A DNA stretch of 64,000 nucleotides. It comes from Squalus acanthias (taxonomy: Eukaryota). Position numbers and translations under genes: made by a program. Below are positions 22,993 to 36,317 of the stretch, piece after piece; within the stretch, counting starts at the first letter, position 1; the number at the start of each line of letters is the position of its first letter. The notes under the pieces were generated by a model. The model saw only the letters and a program-made list of their open reading frames with translations. It ran no database searches and had not been told where the DNA came from. The DNA lies in contig CM059431.1 of assembly GCA_030390025.1 (NCBI GenBank), forward strand, positions 139,626,001 through 139,690,000, given 5' to 3'.

Positions 22993-25900
22993 TGGTAAAG
23001 ACGAGGTCCTCCAAGCTCTGCATGCACTTATTCACACGTGGTATAGAGCTATTAATTAAACTGCCTATCGAAAGTGGTTAATTTACCAGCAGTCTAAGCA
23101 ATTACACTTAAACCAGTCTCAACAACTTAGAACCTCAGACTATTGTCCCTTTTGTAATTAATGCTCAGTATCCTTTGGTGCTGATTTACAGCGAAATACA
23201 GAATTGCCTGTACAACTTTTGCTGCTTAATCTTGTTAAGAGACTCCCCCATTAATGATATCCCACTCAATGAATGAATAACTGCGCTTACATGTCTTCCC
23301 GCGTATTAAGCGCCCGTGTGCACAACTTTAACTTTAGGCTGTTTTTGTTTACCGTGAAACGGCGTTTAGTACAAGGCGTGTGGTCTGGCGTCTGCCTTGA
23401 CGGTTTTGCAGCTTGAGGAATTCCTAATCGAGTGTTAGTAAATTAAATTAACTTTGATCATAACTGGGTTAAATGTAAGAGAGTTCGGGACCCGAACATC
23501 ATTTATTCCTAGACCTACACTGGGTGGAAACAACCCAGACAATTCCTTAGGAAAGAGATAAAGGACGGAAAAAGGAGTCGTCTGATTCCTCAGCATATCT
23601 CTGTCAAATACAAAAACTCAGCTTTCCAACAAGGGGATCTCCAGGACTTGGGAAAATACCTGGATTCACAGCACGGGAGATTCCGTGCGTTTGATGCTGT
23701 GTCTGGGCCCTTGAACACTACACAGGGAGAATACTTTGGTTGTTCTTTAATAGAACGCATATAACTGGATCGCCAGCTTCTGATTTGCGACAAAGGCTTT
23801 CCACTTAAAAACTGCCAGGATAAATATGGAACTGAACCAAATAATGTTAAACAATAGAGTTCTCATTCATGCCTGCTAAACTGCAGTATATGTAGTGAGA
23901 GGATTACTCCTTTTAAAAGTGTGTTTTTGATGCTCATCGCTACTTTCAAGAAAATTTGCTTGCTTTCTTCTTTATAAATCTTGATTGTCAAACTCCCAAC
24001 ATCGAACTTCCTCAGTTTAAATCCATGTTGGTCTTTGCTACGCAGCACCTGGAGATTGCAGTTTGTTTACAGCAGGGTAGGTTTCAAACGGCAATGTTTT
24101 TTCTGTGACCAACTTTCGATAATATAATTTTCAACTTCACCGGAAGGTAAGTAGGTTTGCTCTGAACGAACCTCCTGGTAATTCAATAAAAAACATACAG
24201 AATACAGTTACCCAATGAGCTGAAATGATCCGCCCGCCATCCCTCCTAACTCCTAATTTAACATTTTGAACTTGAAGATATTTATGATTGAACTCCTTGA
24301 CACGATGAATAATTTGAGCAAAGAAATTCGTATATTCTCCACATAAGCTTTAACAGGACATTGGATGGCTTGTAGGTATTCTCCTTGCTGGTCGTAGGAA
24401 GCACGATTTCATACAATTTCTTCAAAACAGGATTTGTGAATTCCTGTCATCTCTGTTGCTGAGCTGTGTGACCTATAATGTGCGGAAATATCATTTCCAT
24501 GATTTGGTTCCCAGAAGTGAACACACAGTCGAAGCGGGGTGAGAACAATACTTCCTGTAACAACAATAATACATTTGATTTGAACTCTATACCTCTGATA
24601 TTCCAGGAGCCATTCTCGAGCAAAGCGGAGATCTGGAACTGGCAGAGTGCGGGAAGTTGTGGTAATGGGATCTGGCAGAGTGTGAGATTCGATAGAAAGA
24701 AAAGAAACCAGGGGAGCGGGGGCAATGATGGGAAGGAGAGCGGGAAGATTAGAAAAAATCAATAGACGGAGACAGCTTCACTTTGAATTCATAAAATATC
24801 AATTGTATTAGTTTTCAGCTTTTAAATACAGATCGGCGAAACAATATTACCCATTCGATAAAATCGTTAAAGGAAGAGATTGGATCCATTTCAAAGCTGA
24901 ATAACATACCTAAAAAGTGTTTTGCTTAATATTGAACTGTTGATTATACATAAAAATTAAAGAATGAACTTATAAACTGAACATGAAATTGATCAAGTTC
25001 AAACTGAAGTTTCCCGTGTGAGGTCTTGGGCGGAGCCTCGACCACAGCGGGTGAATGACCTGAAAATTGCGACATGGCCAGAAGCTGGGAGAGTTCTCCA
25101 TAGAGCAGAGAAGGTTAAGGGGAGATTTACTGGAGGTGTTCAAAGTTATGACTGGTTTGAGTATATGAGGAAACATTGCTTCCACTGGCAGTAGGGTCGG
25201 TAAACAGAGGATATAGAATTAAGGTAATCGGCAGAAGAATCGTGCGGAAATTAGGAGTCTTTTTAACGCTGTGATTTGTTATGATGTGGAATGGACTGCC
25301 TAAAAGTTTGATGGAAACAGATTCAATAAAAAAGAAAGACATTCGTTTCTATAGCGCCTTTCACTACCTCAGGCCGCCCTAATTCGCATTACAGCCAATG
25401 AGGTACATTTGAAGTGGAGTCACTTTTGTAATGTTGGAAAGGCGGCAGTCAATTTGTGCACAGCAGGTCCCTCAAACACCCATGTGATGAGGATCAGATT
25501 ATCGGCCTTAGTGATGTTTGTTGAGGGATAAATATTGTCCAGGACACTGTGGAGAATTCCCCTGCTTCGAAATAATGCCACAGCATCTTTTACCTACACC
25601 AGCGAGGACAGAAGTGGCATCGGTCACGTCTCACACAAAAGCCGACACCTCCGACAGTGCAACACAACCTCAGTACTGCGCTGACGTGTCAGCATAGATT
25701 TTGGGTTCAAGTTTCTGGAGCGGGACTTTAACCACGCCCCACCCGCCCCGATCATTTGACTCAGAGAAAGTGCGACCACTGAGCCACTGCTGACACCTTT
25801 ATAAAATAGTAACTTTCAAAAGCGAATAGGATTCATACTTGAAAAACCAAAAGTTTGTTCAGCCATGACCTCATTGAATAGCAGAACAGGCTCGAGGGGG

Positions 25901-26673
25901 TAAAGGGCCTCCTCCCGATCCTATGTACCTATGTTTGATGGTCGATGGGGGAAGAGTAGGGGAGTTGGACTAATTGACTGCCTATTTCAAAGAGCCGGCA
26001 GACGCACAACAGGCCGAATGGCTTCTGTCTCTGCTCTATGATTCTACACATCTTGCATTGCGCGCGATCTTCCGTCCATTAATATCAAAGGAATGAAAGT
26101 TGAGGAAGCGCATCCGCAACTTGCTATAAACCACCTTTGTGCGTGTGGGACTCCGGCACTGGAGTGTGGAATTAAAATGTATTTATCCATTTTAAAAAGA
26201 ATGAAAGGTACCACAGGTCCAATAATTATATAGGGGTAATATTATGGATAAAGGCAAAGATATTTCAGAATATAAAGCATTAAGCAGGTAGACTATTATG
26301 TTTAAATAAGACCGTTTAATTAGTGTCCCGAGTAGAGCACAAGTGAATCATCGAAGGAGTGATTGTTGGAACGGCAGCGATGAGGCGAATTTCAAATGGA
26401 AAATGTGAATCTGGAATCCAGGGACCCAGACACGTCGAAATAAAGGAATGGCGACTGACAGGAGTGACGGTTTACTGACACTGCTGCAAGTTTCCTCAAT
26501 TAGAGAAGATTCCTGAGGATCCGATAGTGGCTGAAATAATTCCAATGTTTACAATAAGGCCAGGAGAGATCCAGTGCGTGAGCACCTGGGAGAGGAGCAA
26601 TGTAAAAGGGAATTGTATTTGTTTGATGGACCATGAGTCATCTTTAACTGACCTGTTGGAGCTTCTGAAACAC
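22993..26673 (+). repeat. Segmental duplication, copy B (paralog at 2231-8275)
   Basis: Collinear with copy A but lacks the 5S/Penelope insert and the roughly 1.1-kb block that contains the 40-bp array. Confidence 0.9.
25329..25800 (-). mobile_element. tRNA-derived Deu-type SINE (duplicated copy of 7043-7500)
   Basis: Same sequence and same flanks as the SINE in copy A. Confidence 0.7.
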
Positions 26674-27059
26674 ATCACTGGCCTGTAGGGCAGGGGAAAT
26701 GCAGTTGGAATGATCCAGTCTGATTTTTGCGAAGCAGCAGACAAGGTTCCACATCTACAAACGGTGGGGAATTATGGGATGGGAGGTAGAACTGGCACTG
26801 CACAGACAGTTCATTACAAAATGATACTAGATTATCGACAAATGGGAACCTGTAAGGGACGGGTGACTATTGAACCTCTGGGATCTTCCTTGGTACCAGT
26901 TTATTTTTAATGTTTTCTATCTTAGAATCTCAACGGCGATGAGGGTAATTTAGAAACAAAAACAATTAAAATGAAACGAAAGTAAGTAACACTGCAAACC
27001 ATAAAAATTTACTTGGTGGGAGTAGGTTATGTGACCAATTCTATCTCTACTGAGTTCTT

Positions 27060-27560
27060 TGATACAGCAATCGAAAACTATCCACATTGTCCTCCTCTCT
27101 CCACGACTATTTATTTTCCTCTGTTTCAAACACTTTTCCAATTTCCATTAACTATTCTCTGAAGCAAAACGTTCCAGCTCCAGCAACCCTTTGCATAAAT
27201 AACTTTCTGCTAAACTCTGCTGATTCCCTTTGTGACCATTTAAAATCGATCACCCTTTATCGTTCGCTCTCCAACTAGATGGAATGATCTCTCCCTCTTC
27301 ACTCTATCGAAACTGTTGATAATTTATAAATCCTCTATTAAATCACCTCTTAGCTTTCCCTGCACCAGTGGTAATAGTCCCAATATCTTGCCCCTCATAA
27401 CCAGTATAGTTCTGATCCATGGCACCATCCTGGTGTATCAACACTGCCCGCTCTCATTGGATTTAATGGCCTTTCCAAAATGTAGGGGCGAAGCTGTACT
27501 GGTGTTCTAACGGTGGCCTCACTAGTATTGTGTAAAGATTCGTCATCACTTGTTTATTCT
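27060..27560 (-). mobile_element. Decayed CR1 3' region
   Basis: aaatcctctattaaatcacctcttagc, ggcaccatcctggt and gtggcctcactagtattgtgtaaag match reverse-strand CR1 RT C-terminal sequence seen elsewhere in the window. Confidence 0.6.
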
Positions 27561-28685
27561 TGTGATTAATGTCCCTGTGTATAAAACAGTAATTTCTGTT
27601 GGTTTGCTTATGAACTTTCTAGGAATTGAATATTTTGATCCCAATCGCTTGCTGTCCATCCATACCCTTCAGCTCCTTCCCATTGTTAGCCTGCTCCCAT
27701 TTCTTTTCGTTTCTCGCACAATCGGGCGATTTACCGATGAACAAATTGTAACGGATTCAAAGTTGCTGTGATTTTTCAATTATTATTTGAACAATGTGTA
27801 ACCGCAGAATAAAGCGGTAATTACAAAAGGTTTTTTCTGACCGTCTGCAAATGTTCATCCAAACACAGAAGACTTAATATTAGTTGTATTTTATCTGAAT
27901 TTCTGGCAGTGTTTTTAACAGATCACTTGCAACAATTGTAATAATTAATTACTTTATGAAAAGTCATTCATTTTACATTCCTTTACACCTTTGTTTGAGA
28001 GACTGATTGAGACAGAATATCAATAATTTTATCGATTGCACACAACAAGCGCAGACTCCATCTTTGTGCTGAGCGAGAGACACCAGTCAGTGAACAATCG
28101 AGATTTTAAGTCAGTATCTGGGACAAAAGAGGTGAAAGGTCACATCGATGAGCCGAGTTCCGCCTGTTTCCTTCATTCGAACACTGATCACGTGACAAGA
28201 GCCCGCTCTACTTGTCAATGAGGAACGGAGTCCGATAGAGTGACCCGCGCCTGCAATATTCACACCAAACATCCAGGAAAGTTACCAATATCGGCGATCG
28301 CAATACCTTTAATTGTTTCGGCTCCGAATGAAATGTTGTTGATGATTTTAAAGGGGCGCGCCCGATCCCAGTATCTGCAGTGTAAGGTGGATTCATCTGT
28401 TGCTCACATGTCCGACTCCACTGCTGAATCTCATCATTGATATCTTTGATCCCTGAAGTTGAAATGTGCTTAATTTGCAGGAATAGGATATGTTTACTCA
28501 ACGAAAGAAGCATGAAAAATTAAGCATTGCAGACATCAAACACATGCTGCAAAATGGAAGAAATGTTTACACAAGTTCTCTCCCATTTTCACATTACCGG
28601 AAAGAAGGACGTTCTATTGTGAAAAAGGAGTTGAAATGGGGATTTAGTTATGAGGAAGCCTTCGTTTGATTGATTAATTTTATGC

Positions 28686-30048
28686 TCATTTTCTAACTAA
28701 TTTCAGAATGAGTGCCCAGGTGGATTTTGCCACCTTCTTCAGCTCTTCTCTGAATTTGCTCTGGGTCGCTACATAAATACACGGGTTTTGAAAGCAACTC
28801 AAAAACTTCAACATTGTTCCGGTTTTAGTGGCGATATATCCAGGGTCTGTGCGGTCACCTCGATAATAGATGGTGTTTGCCAGACTGGTAGTTATAAAAC
28901 TCACGGCAGTTGTCAGCCACAGCAATATAAAACTGCCGGATATAGTAAAAAGTAAAATGATGGATTTCCTTCGGTTCTCTGTCTCTGGATCGCTCTGATT
29001 TTCACTCCTGTGACCCCGGAGTCCTCTGCGGGCTCTGCTGGCCACTAAAATACGTCTGACTGTCAAATAATTTAACAAGGCAATTAAAGTGAAAGGAAGC
29101 CAAACGCCCCAGGCGCTGTGAAACCAGATGTAGGCAACACCTGGAGGTGAGGAAACAAAAGTCACACTGTTCCGGCAGCCCCACTGCACCTTGTTAATTA
29201 TTTGCTGTGGTTCAAATGCAAACAAAATGGGGATGTCCCTTAAAAGGATTAGGACCGTGAACGCTGTGATAACCGCGGCCGCAGTACTCTCGGTGCAATA
29301 CTTTGCTTTAAACTTCTGGCAGCAGATAACTACAAATCGATCAAATGTGAAGGACACGGTGAACCAAACAGACAAATCGAGGGTGACAGCAGTCATGTAT
29401 AGAATGAACTTACACACGGGAGTGTGGGACAGGAATGAAAGTGGAAAGCGATAATTGAAAATATGACACTCTATTACATTGACTATCATGACCAGTAGAT
29501 CTGCTGTTGCCATGGCCACCATGTAGACAGAGATACACTTGGAATGGCCGCAGTTTCCTCGGGAGAGAATCACAATTGTCACCAAGTTCGCTGTAAGAAA
29601 GAGAGAGGAGAGACATAATGTCCCAGTGTCTGATCGAAATATATATGGAGATCCCTGTGGAGAGCATTTTAATCCATTCAGTGTAATTATCAATAGGCAG
29701 CAGTGTGAGAACAGGATTAGCTTTGGAACCATTGCGTGAGAAAACGACCCACACATTTTAATGAGCTGCTGCAGCGCTCACTCTGCACGGGGGAACAAGA
29801 CGCTCCGGAATTCCGCTGAAATCCTTGTGTTGGAGCGTCAAAGAACATTGTAACATCAGTAAAGTTATCGAATTTGTATACTGCTGAAATCTGGAAAACT
29901 CGTTACCTTATCAAACAGGCTGCATGTACATGAATACAATTAACACCGATTAACAAAAAACAGGCTACAATGGCTCACCGGGGACACCGACGGCCGCGAG
30001 AATCGGGTAGTAAATCTCTGTGATCAGTCGGATAGTTGTTCGCCCCAT
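28686..30048 (-). CDS. GPR139/GPR142-like class A GPCR, copy 2; exons 30048-29979 and 29590-28686, 324 aa
   Basis: Exon 1 MGRTTIRLITEIYYPILAAVGVP ends G|gtgagc. Acceptor ctttcttacag|CG. Motifs AMATADLL, FTFDRF, WGC, NPCIY. Intact. Confidence 0.92.
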
Positions 30049-30479
30049 TTTCTGTGAGAATGGATGAATTCTGTAGGAGCTGAAAGACTCTGACTGGCGC
30101 ACGGCTGGGGCAATTGAAGGGAACCTATATTTATACACACATCAATCCTCCAGCGAGTCAATCAGGTTAAATCATAATTAGCTTTAGTTACAGTCATTTA
30201 ACAAATTGACTCAGGTAAGTTGTTTTTTTATCTGACACGTCAGTTTAAGAGAAATATGTGAAATTGTTGTTGGACAATTACAAAAAAAATGCAGATTTAA
30301 AACATTGTCTACGTGTATGAAGTGCATTCTCCAAGGACTATTTCTGACCCTATTCCTACAGGCCTGTTAAAGGCAGCTTCCCACGCAATAATTGTCATAA
30401 CCCTGCCCTTGATTCATTCCAAGTGCACCAACTCCTACAGAATCACATCGTGCGATATTGGTGATGAACCCAGTCCGGC

Positions 30480-31880
30480 AGCATTCGAGGTGACAGTTCT
30501 CCTCCTGGGCTACTGGCACTGTACACTTACGCTAGATGTGTCCGTACTCATCAGGTACTAGTACCATGCCGACACTGGAGTTGAACGTGCTGCTATGGTA
30601 ATAGTGGTAGCACTACACTCACACTACTATTGACAGAGCTCCTCCGGTACTAGTGGAAACCCCCCTCATACACTATATGAGCATGTGCTCCTCCTGTCCC
30701 AGTGTTATCCCTACACTGACACTAGATGTGACCGTGTCCCTCCTGTCCCAGTGTTACCCCTACACTGACACTAGATGTGTCCGTGCCCCTTGTGTCCCAG
30801 TGTTACCCCTACACTTACACTAGATGTGACCCTGCCCCTCATGTCCCAGTGTTACCGCTACACTTACACTAGATGTGACCCTGCCCCTCATGTCCCAGTG
30901 TTACCGCTACACTTACACTAGATGTGATCGTGTCCCTCCTATCCCAGTGTTACCCCTACACTTACACTAGATGTGACCCTGTCCCTCCTATCCCAGTGCT
31001 ACCCCTACACTGAGACTAGATGTGACCGTGCCCCTCCTGTGCCAGTGTTAATCCTACACTGACACTAGATGTGACCGTGCCCCTCCTGTCCCGGTGCTAC
31101 CCCTACACTTACACTAGATGTGACCGTGCCCCTCCTGTCCCAGTGCTACCCCTACACTTACACTGGATTTGTGCAAGCTCCTCTGGTAATAGTGGTATCA
31201 GTAAAATTACACCAGTGGTGAAAATTGTCCTCCACTACCAGTGTTAACCCTACACTTACACTAGATGTGACTGTGCTCCTCCGGTACTAGTGGTATCCCT
31301 ATATTTACATTAAGTTTGACTGTGCTCCTTCGGTACTTGTGGTACCCCTACACTAAGACCAGATTTAACCGTGCTCCTCCCGTACTTGTGGTCCCCGACA
31401 CGTACACGTGCTGCTCAAAAAGCTGTGCTGGCACTTTATGTGACCTTGCTCCTCTGGTACTTGTTGTACATACACTTATACTACAGAGGAGCATTCACTA
31501 GTGGCATGCCTACACTTACACTTACAGTCACCGTCCTCCTCAGGTGCTCGTGGAATCAGTACACTAACATTAGTGTTGACCGTGTTCTACCTACACTAGT
31601 GGTAACTTACACTTACACTAATGTAAACCGTGCTCCTCCTAAACTGGTGGTAACCTACACTAACACTCGTGTTGACCATGCTCATTCTACACTAGTGCTA
31701 ACCTACACTAACACTAGCGGTGACCGTGCTCCTCCGGTACAAGTAGTACCGCTACACTTAAACTAGGTGTGACCATGATGCTCTTGTATTAGTGGTACCC
31801 CTATAATTACACTGGAAATAACAGTGCTCCTCCGATACTAGTGATACTCCTACATTTACACTAGTAGTGACCGTGCTCCT
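30480..31880 (-). repeat. 49-bp minisatellite upstream of GPCR copy 2 (homogeneous core about 30685-31165)
   Basis: Unit cccctacacttacactagatgtgaccgtgcccctcctgtcccagtgcta. Period 49 (31081 to 31130). Confidence 0.93.
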
Positions 31881-33597
31881 TCAAAGCGCTGGCCATCAAG
31901 CCCATTTTTCAGCACTTGGTCCGTAGCCTTGTATGCTGTGGCGTTTCAAGTGCTCATCTAAATACTTCTTGAATGTTGTGAGGTTTCCTGCCTCTACCAC
32001 CCTTTCAGGCAATGAGTTCCAGATTCCAACCACCCTCTGGGTGAAAAGCTTTTTCCTCAAATCCCCTATAAACCTCCTGCTCCTTATCTTTAAACTATGC
32101 CCCCTGTTTATTGACCGCTCTACTAAGGGGACAAGTTCCTTTCTATCTACCCTATCTATGCCCCTCATAATTTTGTACACCTCAATCAGGTACCCCCTCA
32201 GCCCTCTCTGCTCTAAGGAAAACAACCACAGCCTGTCCAGTCTCTCTTCATAGCTGAAGCGCTTCAGCCCAGGTAACATCCTTGTGAAACTCCTCTGCAC
32301 CCTCTCCAATGCAATCACATCCGTCATATTGTGTGGTGAACAGAACTGCACACAGTATTCCAGCCGTGACCTAACTAGCGTTTTGTACAGCTCCATCATA
32401 ACCTCCCTGCTCTTATATTTTATGCCTCGGCTAATGAAGGCAAGTATCCCATATGCCTTTTTAACCACCTTGTCGACCTGTCCTGCAGCCTTCAGGGATC
32501 TATATACATGCACACCAAGGTCCCACTGATCCTCTGTACTTCCTAGGATCCTACCAATCATTGTGTATTCCCTTGCCTTGTTTGTACTCCAAAAATGCAT
32601 CACCTTTCACTTTTCAGGGTTAAATTCCAATTGCAACTGTTCTGCCCATCTAACCATACCGTCTATATCGTCCTGTTGCCTGAGGCTTCCCTCCTCGCTA
32701 TTTACCACTCCACCAATTTTTGTGACATCTGCGAACTTACTGATCATACCTCCTACATCCATATCTAAATCATTAATGTACACTACAAACAGCAATGTAC
32801 CCAGCGCCGATCCCTGCGGTACACCACTGGACACAGGCTTCCAGTCACAAAAATAACCTTCGATCATCACCCTCAGCCTCCTGCCAGTAAGTCAATTGTG
32901 GAACCAACATGCCAAATTGCCCTGAATCCCATGGACTCTTACCTTCTTGACCAGTCTGCCATGTGGGACTTTGTTAAATGCCTTACTGAATTCAATGTAG
33001 ACTATATCAACTGCACTACCCTAATCCACACACCTAGTCACCGACTCGAAAAATCCAATCAAATTGATCAGACATGATCTCCCCCTGGCAAAGCCATGCT
33101 GACTATCGCTGATTAATCCCTACCTCTCCAAGTGGAGACTTATTCTGTCCCTCAGAATTGCTTCCAATGATTTCCCTACCACTGATGTTAGGGTCACTGA
33201 CTAGTCATTCACTGGTTTATCCCTGCTACCCTTCTTGAACAATTGTACGACGTTAGCTGTTCACCAGTCCTCTGGCACCTCCCCTGTGGCGAGAGAGTTT
33301 CTGAAAATCTGTGTCAGAGCCCCTGCAATCTCCTCCCTTGCCTCATAAATAAGCCTGGGATACATCCCGTCAGGGCCTGGGGATTTATCCACTTTTAAGT
33401 CCGCTAATACCGCTAGTACCTCCTCCCTCTCAATACTAATTTGTTCAAGTATATCACAATCCCCCTGCCTGATTTCTATGCCTACATCGTCCTTCTCCAT
33501 AGTGAACACAGATGCAAAATATTCATTTAAAACCTCACCTACATCTTCCGGCTCTACACACACATTGCCACTTTGGTCCCTAATGGGCCCTACTCTT

Positions 33598-33933
33598 TAC
33601 GATAGCAAAATACTGCAGATGCTGGAAATCCGAAATAACAACAGAAAACGCTGGAAAAACTCAGCAGGCCAGGCAGCATCCGTGGAGAGAGAAAGAGAGT
33701 TGACGTTTCAGGTCGATGACCTTTCATCAGAACTGGGAAGAGCTGGAAATCAAATAGATTTAAGGCCAGGGTAAAGCTGGGAAAAGGGGGAGGGGATAAA
33801 GGAACAAAGGAGGAGATGAAGAGACATTAAGAGACATTAAGAGATATGCAAGGCTAGAGGTGGTGTTAATGTGACAGATTAAGGCTGAATGAAGTGTGAA
33901 ATCTACTGGCAGAATGAAGGACAGCTGCCAGCT
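33598..33933 (-). mobile_element. Penelope pLTR/3' end fragment, same family as 2477-2810
   Basis: Near-identical to 2477-2812 with the same terminus tacgatagcaaaata. Flanked by ctcttt at 33593-33598 and 33932-33937. Confidence 0.9.
33698..33734 (-). ncRNA. Minimal hammerhead ribozyme with canonical CUGAUGA core and GUC cleavage triplet
   Basis: Reverse complement is AGUU CUGAUGA A AGGUC AUC GACCU GAAA C GUC AACU. Confidence 0.8.
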
Positions 33934-33970
33934 CTTTCCCTGGTTATCCTCTTGCTCTTAATATACTTAT

Positions 33971-34179
33971 TGATGGAAGAAAACTACTAGGCACTTGGTC
34001 TAAGTGTTAAACAAAGCTTTAATCAACTGGTTTTCAACATGGAGATCTAGTTGTGTCCTTTTCTAGTTCCAGTTGAGGCATGCCCTAAGCAAGTTGGGCT
34101 CATGCACTAGTATTTATACTCTCCCTGGACAGCGCCACCAGCAGGCCACCCAGTATTACTTCATACAAGATTCATGTCA
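33971..34179 (-). repeat. 3' LTR of the Gypsy element (about 209 bp)
   Basis: On the minus strand it begins TGACATG right after the purine tract aggcgggaagaa (34180-34191), ends TTCCATCA, and contains TATAAATA and ATTAAA. Confidence 0.7.
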
Positions 34180-36317
34180 TTCTTCCCGCCTGAAAGATTG
34201 GAAGTCCAGCGGCTTCCTTCTACCGAATTAGCTGGACTAAGATTAGACGCAGTCGTTTGGATTTCCGTTGGAGGCCGGAAGGCACATCTCCTTGGACTGT
34301 GTTTCGGTCGCTGGGGCACTTGGTTCATACCGGCGGGCTGGCAGAGTCTGTGACGCCTTGATCGACCTGAGGGGGACTGGGGAGACCTTGGCTCCGGGTG
34401 CGGGTCCCCACCGGTGCAGAGCTGGCTTCATCCTGCTCAGTAGCCGGTGATTGACCGTCGTCCTGGCTTCGGGTGGCCATCCGCGGGGAGCGCTCTGTTC
34501 CCCGGGTTGATCCAGCAAAGTAGCTGGTAGATCCCTTGATGTCCCGGGTAGGGCGTCATCCTCGGAGGAACGCGGAGTATCGGCGTCGGTAATACAGATC
34601 TCTCTATCGATTGGGTCCGTGGGACCGGTTGGGCAGGGAGCCAGATCCCGAAGTGAAACTGTGGACTCCCAGCCATCAGGGTACCGTACGTACGTGTATG
34701 TAGGATTGACATCCGTTAGTTCCACATGGTCGACGAGGGGATCACTCTTGGAGGATCGGACGAATCTTCAGAGCAGCACGGAGCCAGGAGCTGCCAACCA
34801 TGATGGTAGGGACGTCCCATGAGTGGAGCGACGCTGGAACCCGAAGAATCGTTCGTGAGGAGTAACATTGGTGGATGGAGAAAGAGGCCACCTGATGGAA
34901 TGCAACGCGTCAGGGAGCATAGTTTCTCACTGCTGGTCTGGTAGATTGGGTGATCTGAGTGCAAGACGAACAGTGTTCCAAATGATCGCATTGTATCTCT
35001 CAACCTGTCCGTTTGCAATAGGATGATACGGTGTCCATTTACTTGTGGTGATTTCCCGTTGGGAAAGATAACTTTTGAGTTCACTTGACATGAAGGAGGG
35101 ACCCCGATCAGAGTGGATGAAATTGGCCATACCGCAAAGGGAAAAGGCCTGATCGAGGCATTTCATCACTGTGGAAGTAATCATATTGGGACAGGGGAAA
35201 GCAAAGGGAAAGCGTGAATATTCATCCACCATAGTAAGCAAGTAGGTGTTTCACGTTGAGGAAGGCAATGGCCCTTTAAAGTCAATGCAGGGTCGCTGCA
35301 TAGGCTGTGTAGCGTGTATGAGTGAGCCATCTGACGGACGGAAGAATTGCGGTTTTAATTACGATCAAATTCTACAAGTGCAGCATGTTCTTTTCATGTC
35401 CTCCGTAGAAAATGTGAGATTTTTAGATCGCACAAAGTGCAACATACGGGTAACGCCAGGATGGCATAAGGCAGTATGAGGATCCGCAAGAGTCGAAGTT
35501 GATATGGAAGAGCAGAATGCAAGCATGAGGGTATCCGGGGCCATATTCTCCTTGCCGGGTCGATATTGTATGGTGTAGTCAAAAGCGGCCAATTACATCC
35601 TCCAGAGCTGTATTTTGTTATTCTTGATTTTAGTGCATTTCCGGTTATCCAGCATAAAGGCCACCGAGCGCTGATCGGTTATGAGCGTGAAATGGCGACG
35701 GGCAAGAAAATGACTCCATTTTCATTGTGCTTCAATGATAGCCATAGCTTCCTTCTCGACAGGAGGGTAATGCAGGTCGCTACCTTGCAAAGTTCTAGAC
35801 AGAAAGGCAACGGGTCGACCGCCTTGATTCAAGGTAGCCGAGATCGCCACCTCCGATCCATTGCACTCGACCACAAAAGGGAAATTTTCATCGATGGAAT
35901 GAAGAGCGGCTTTTTCCAGTTGTTGCTTGAGGAGGTTGAAAGCTAAACTAGCCCTCGCCTCCAACGGAAATGACTTTGCATGAAGCAGGGGCTGGATGTT
36001 GTCAGCAAAGTGAGGTATCCACTTCGCATAATAGGCGAACATGTCGAGGGCCCGACGAAGAGAGCTGAGATTCGTAGGAGGAGGGAGCTCCTGAAGCGGA
36101 CGAAGTCACTCCGGATCCGGTTTGATGACACCATTGCCCACCCAGTAGCCAAGGATGTTGACTGATGGTACTGATTTCACAGATTTGAACTCATTTAAGG
36201 TTAAGGTGCGACGACGGAGAACGTCAAGAAATTTCTGGAGTTTGGCATCATGCTCCTTCTGATCATGAGCAGCAATGGTGATATTACCAAGATATGGAAA
36301 AGTGTCTGTTAAGTTCT

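Larger units (their letters stand above)
31888..33970 (-). mobile_element. CR1 LINE RT region, interrupted by a Penelope fragment and bounded by a Gypsy LTR
   Basis: ORFs 33261-33563, 32607-32870 and 31896-32603 with KSPGPDG, GVPQGS.LG, KFAD.TK, LEYCVQF. Confidence 0.93.

Noticed and set aside
31371..31766. 131-aa Thr/Val-rich ORF
   Set aside because: Translation of the decayed 49-bp minisatellite.
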